A stretch of DNA of 9,865 bases from Azolla caroliniana (taxonomy: Eukaryota; Plantae; Polypodiophyta): the NCBI GenBank assembly GCA_043228905.1, contig JBHGNT010001319.1:1-9865 (forward strand), read 5' to 3'. The notes under the pieces are model-generated. The model was not told the origin of the DNA. It searched no databases and was given only the letters and a program-made list of their open reading frames with translations. The position numbers and the translations under genes are program-made. Of the stretch, positions 6,392 through 9,865 are shown piece by piece. Position 1 is the stretch's first letter; the number at the start of each line of letters is the position of its first letter.

Positions 6392-9300
6392 ACAGGAAGA
6401 AAAGTCTCGGAGCAAAACAAGTACGAATCGGCCCAGATGGGGCATCTACGTACACGGCCGTAACCGGAGGAATGAAGAAACAATACCGACAAATGGAGGA
6501 TAAGTTACGGTCGGCATCAATAATAAAAGAAGACGAAGAAATCGTGGGAGTGATCGAGGAAGTGTTCTATGGGAATACACTACAACGGCTTGAAGAGCTT
6601 GCGGAAGATAAAAGCCAAGGGAACCGGGTAGTCCCGGTGGAATCGGTCGAGATGTACGAGATCGTTGCGAAAATGGGGCCGGATGCGCTCCGCAAAGAAG
6701 AAGCAATGGTAAGTACGAAATACAAGACCGTGGAGAAGAAGGTGAAACCGGCCGCGGGACCACTACCCGCCGATAGCGAACAAAAGAAGAAAGAAGTCTC
6801 GGGAGATCCGACACTTCGGAAGTCCGTGGATATCGGACATGCCTTCACGGATGAGACCCGGAAGAAACTTCGGATCGGTGGAGGTGGGTTCCTCTTACAA
6901 GAAGAAGAAAAACGGTTTCGAGAGATGTTGGAGCAACATGGCAAAGCATTCGCGTTCACATCGAGGGAGATCGGATGCATTGATCCAAAGATAGTGGAGC
7001 CGATGGTGATTTTCACGATTGATCATGTACCGTGGAACCTGAAGCCGATACCGGTGCCACGGGCGCATATTCCGAAAGTCATCGACTTGCTCAAGGAGAA
7101 GGTGGCGATGGGGATTCTAGAGCCATCAAGTGCTCCGTACTCAAATCGATGGTTTACGGTTCCGAAGAAGAATGGGTCACTCCGATTCATCCAAGACTTG
7201 CAACCGGTGAACAAGGTCACGATCCGGAACTCGGGAGTCGGTCCGATAGTGGACGAATTCGCGGAAGCTTTTGCCGGACGTGCGATATACTCCATCGGGG
7301 ACCTATACTCGGGGTATGACCAATTCCAACTAGCCGTGGAGAGCCGAGACATCACTACCATGCGGACACCGATAGGACTAGTTCGAATGTGCACACTACC
7401 ACAAGGAGCGACAAACTCGGTTGCACATATGATGAACGCGATGAACAAGGTGCTTCGAGATTGCATCCCGGAGATAACGATGCCGTTTCTAGATGACATT
7501 CCCATGAAAGGATGCGCGGTGGAAGAAAAAGATGAGACTATGGATGATCGGGGATGCCGAAAGTTCGTGGTCGACCATATTCATGATTGCGAGAAAGTGT
7601 TGCGAAAGCTAGAAGATGTGCACCTAACACTTTCCGGGGAGAAATCGGCATTCGGGCAAGAAGAAATATTGGTGGTCGGACATCTATGTGGACCCTACGG
7701 CCGAAGACCGTCACCAACAAAGATCGATGCGATTCAAGCTATGAAGGAAGTATGTGAGTCAACATCGGAAGTCCGAAGGTTTCTGGGTGCGTGTGCATTC
7801 TATCACATATGGATTCCGCACTATGCACATATAGCGGACCCGCTCTATCACTTGTTGCGGAAAGGTAAGAAATTCGAGTGGAAACCGGAACACACTAAAG
7901 CCATGAGGAAGCTCAAGAAGACACTATGGAGGGCGGAATCACTTAAGAAGCCAAACTACGAGCGGCCAATCATAGTAACGGTTGATACAAGTCCAACCGG
8001 TATCGGGTGGGTCATCAATCAAGCCGACTCGGATGGTTCGCGGTATCCGATCCGATTTGGAGCAAAGGTCCTCAACGAAAGGCAACGCGGATATGCACAA
8101 GTCAAAAGAGAATTGTGGGGAGTCGTGTCGGCGATAAAATCGGATCGGGATTATTTGATCGGAGCTGAAGTGGTGATCGAGACGGATTGTCTTCCGATAC
8201 TCGGGATGATGCGGTGTTGTACGATACCGGATGTGGCTATGCTAAGGTGGATTGCATATGTCAAGTCACTTAATCCGGAGGTTCGACACATCTCGGGGAA
8301 GGACAACGCGGTAGCGGACATGTTATCGAGGGCGCGGTTTGAAGACGACATAACCGAATCAGATAATGAAGAAGTTTCCGAAGACTACTTCATGTCAGAA
8401 CACATATGCCGAGTGAACGTGATCCGAGAATTCCGGGAAGAAGAATACGAGGGGGAAACCTTGATGATCGGGAAGATGCTACAAGAGGTCGAGGATTCAA
8501 CCAATGATAAAGAAAGGAGAGCCGAGATCCGAAGGAAGAAGAGGCAAGTCCAAAACTTCTTCTTGGAAAACGGTTTAATATGGAGGACGCCGAAAAGACC
8601 GGATGGGATACCACTTCGAGTAGTCGGGACGAAAGAGCAACGAAACCGGATAATGTCCGAGTTCCACGAATCCGATTGGGCTGGACATCGAGGAACATGG
8701 GCAACTTTTGTGAAAATCAAGCAAAGATATTGGTGGAAGAACATGTATAAAGATGTCGCGGAGTTCACAGAAAGCTGCGAGAAATGTCAAGTCTACTCCG
8801 GGGTCCGACACCGAGATGAGCTGCATCCGACATTCTCACCGACAATCAACTTCAAGTGGATGGTCGACATTGTAGCTATGCCGACCGGGATTGGACAAAA
8901 GAAATACTTGGTGTTAGCTCGAGAAGATCTCACAAACCAAGTTGAAGGTCGAGCGCTTCGGAGGAAAACGTGTGCCGCGGTGTGCCAATTTCTTTTGGAA
9001 GAAGTGTTTTGTAGGTACGGCTGCGTAGGACAAGTGATTGCGGACCGGGGAGAACTCGACTCGGACAAAGCTAGGGGATTCTTCGCCAAACATGGAGTTC
9101 GGTTAACGTTGACAACGGCCTACAATCCGGAGGCCAACGGGAAGATCGAACGAGGACATAGTCCGATCGTGAAAGCACTTGCGAAGGCATGCGACGGAAG
9201 GGTGAAGGATTGGCCACAAATGCTTCCGTATGCACTATGGGCGGATCGGACGACGCATAGCTCCGTGACCGGTTACATGCCGGCAGAACTCATGACCGGA

Positions 9301-9865
9301 CAAGCACCGGTAATGCCAACGGAAACCGCAATCGCGACATGGACAATACTACCGTGGAAGGAAGAGATGAGCCGGGAAGAACTACTAGCAGTCCGGATAC
9401 GACAACTGGAGGGAAGACCGAAAGATGTAGCGGAAGCGTCACGCCGACAACAAGAAGCACGGTTCCGGAACAAAAGCCGGTTCGACACAAAGCACCGACT
9501 ACGACCGAGGAGGATTGAAGAAGGAGATTGGGTGATCGTCTATGATAGTAGCTTGGACCATCAACATACAACGATGCGGAAATTCGCGAAAAGGTGGTTC
9601 GGGCCGTACGAGGTTCGGAAGGTCTTCGACAACGGGACGTACCGACTGTCCGAGTTGGATGGAACAATACTACGAGTGCCTATAGCCGGGAAGCGGGTGA
9701 AGATTTTCAAGAAGCGGGCCGACGACAAACCTTATGTGATCCAAGTCGAGGCCGACAACGAGGAGCAATCGGACGAAGACCACAATGATGCGGGAAACGA
9801 AGAAAGTGGATTACAACTCATAGTCGACATAAGGGGAGAATCGGAGGAAGCTTCGGATGAAGACG
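6328..9865 (+). CDS. pol: Gypsy Pol (RT, RNase H, integrase), expressed by -1 frameshift; 3'-partial; absent from the ORF track
   Basis: Hand translation of frame 1 has no stop from 6214 to the window end. RT: SAPYSNRWFTVPKKNGSLRFIQDLQPVN, DLYSGYDQ, LPQGATNS, PFLDDI (FLDD 7486-7497). RNase H: VDTSPTGIG (7981), ETDC, HISGKDNAVADMLSR. IN: H-x6-H...CEKC (8665-8787), WMVDIV, IADRGE (D at 9043), NGKIERG (E at 9148), WFGPY (9595-9609). Confidence 0.95.

Larger units (their letters stand above)
3336..9865 (+). mobile_element. Ty3/gypsy LTR retrotransposon, apparently non-chromovirus (Phygy-like, tentative); 3' end outside the window
   Basis: Order is LTR, PBS, GAG-PR, then RT-RH-IN. No chromodomain appears after the GPY motif within the window. 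Both ORFs are free of stops. Confidence 0.93.

Noticed and set aside
6177-9788. Many short antisense and alternate-frame ORFs over pol, and likewise over gag and the copia ORF
   Set aside because: They are shadows of the long sense ORFs' codon bias and have no recognisable motifs.

Overview
This window is eukaryotic, most likely a land plant and possibly a bryophyte, and holds two nested LTR retrotransposons on the + strand. (1) A Tnt1-like Ty1/copia element (leader 1-282, gag-pol from ATG 283) has intact GAG, PR and IN motifs, but its RT stops at the catalytic YV|DD codons. (2) At that point a Ty3/gypsy element is inserted. It has a 924-bp 5' LTR (3336-4259, TGTCGT...ACGACA), an 18-nt tRNA-Trp PBS (4264-4281) and a Gag-protease ORF (4298-6337). 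Its stop-free pol ORF (RT-RNase H-IN, 6328 to the window end) is missing from the ORF track and is reached by a -1 frameshift at G_GAU_UUU followed by a predicted H-type pseudoknot. The gypsy LTR carries a 23/24-bp tandem array with a 70-bp higher-order period, an antisense tRNA-shaped cassette with Pol III A/B boxes and a T5 terminator, RY-motif hairpins, a palindromic TATA box and a PAS-like tRNA-Trp complement in U5. Its catalytic motifs are atypical (protease DHG, RT FLDD, integrase D-X34-E), and pol avoids CAG codons. All matches and counts were made by eye, and tRNA and family assignments are from memory.
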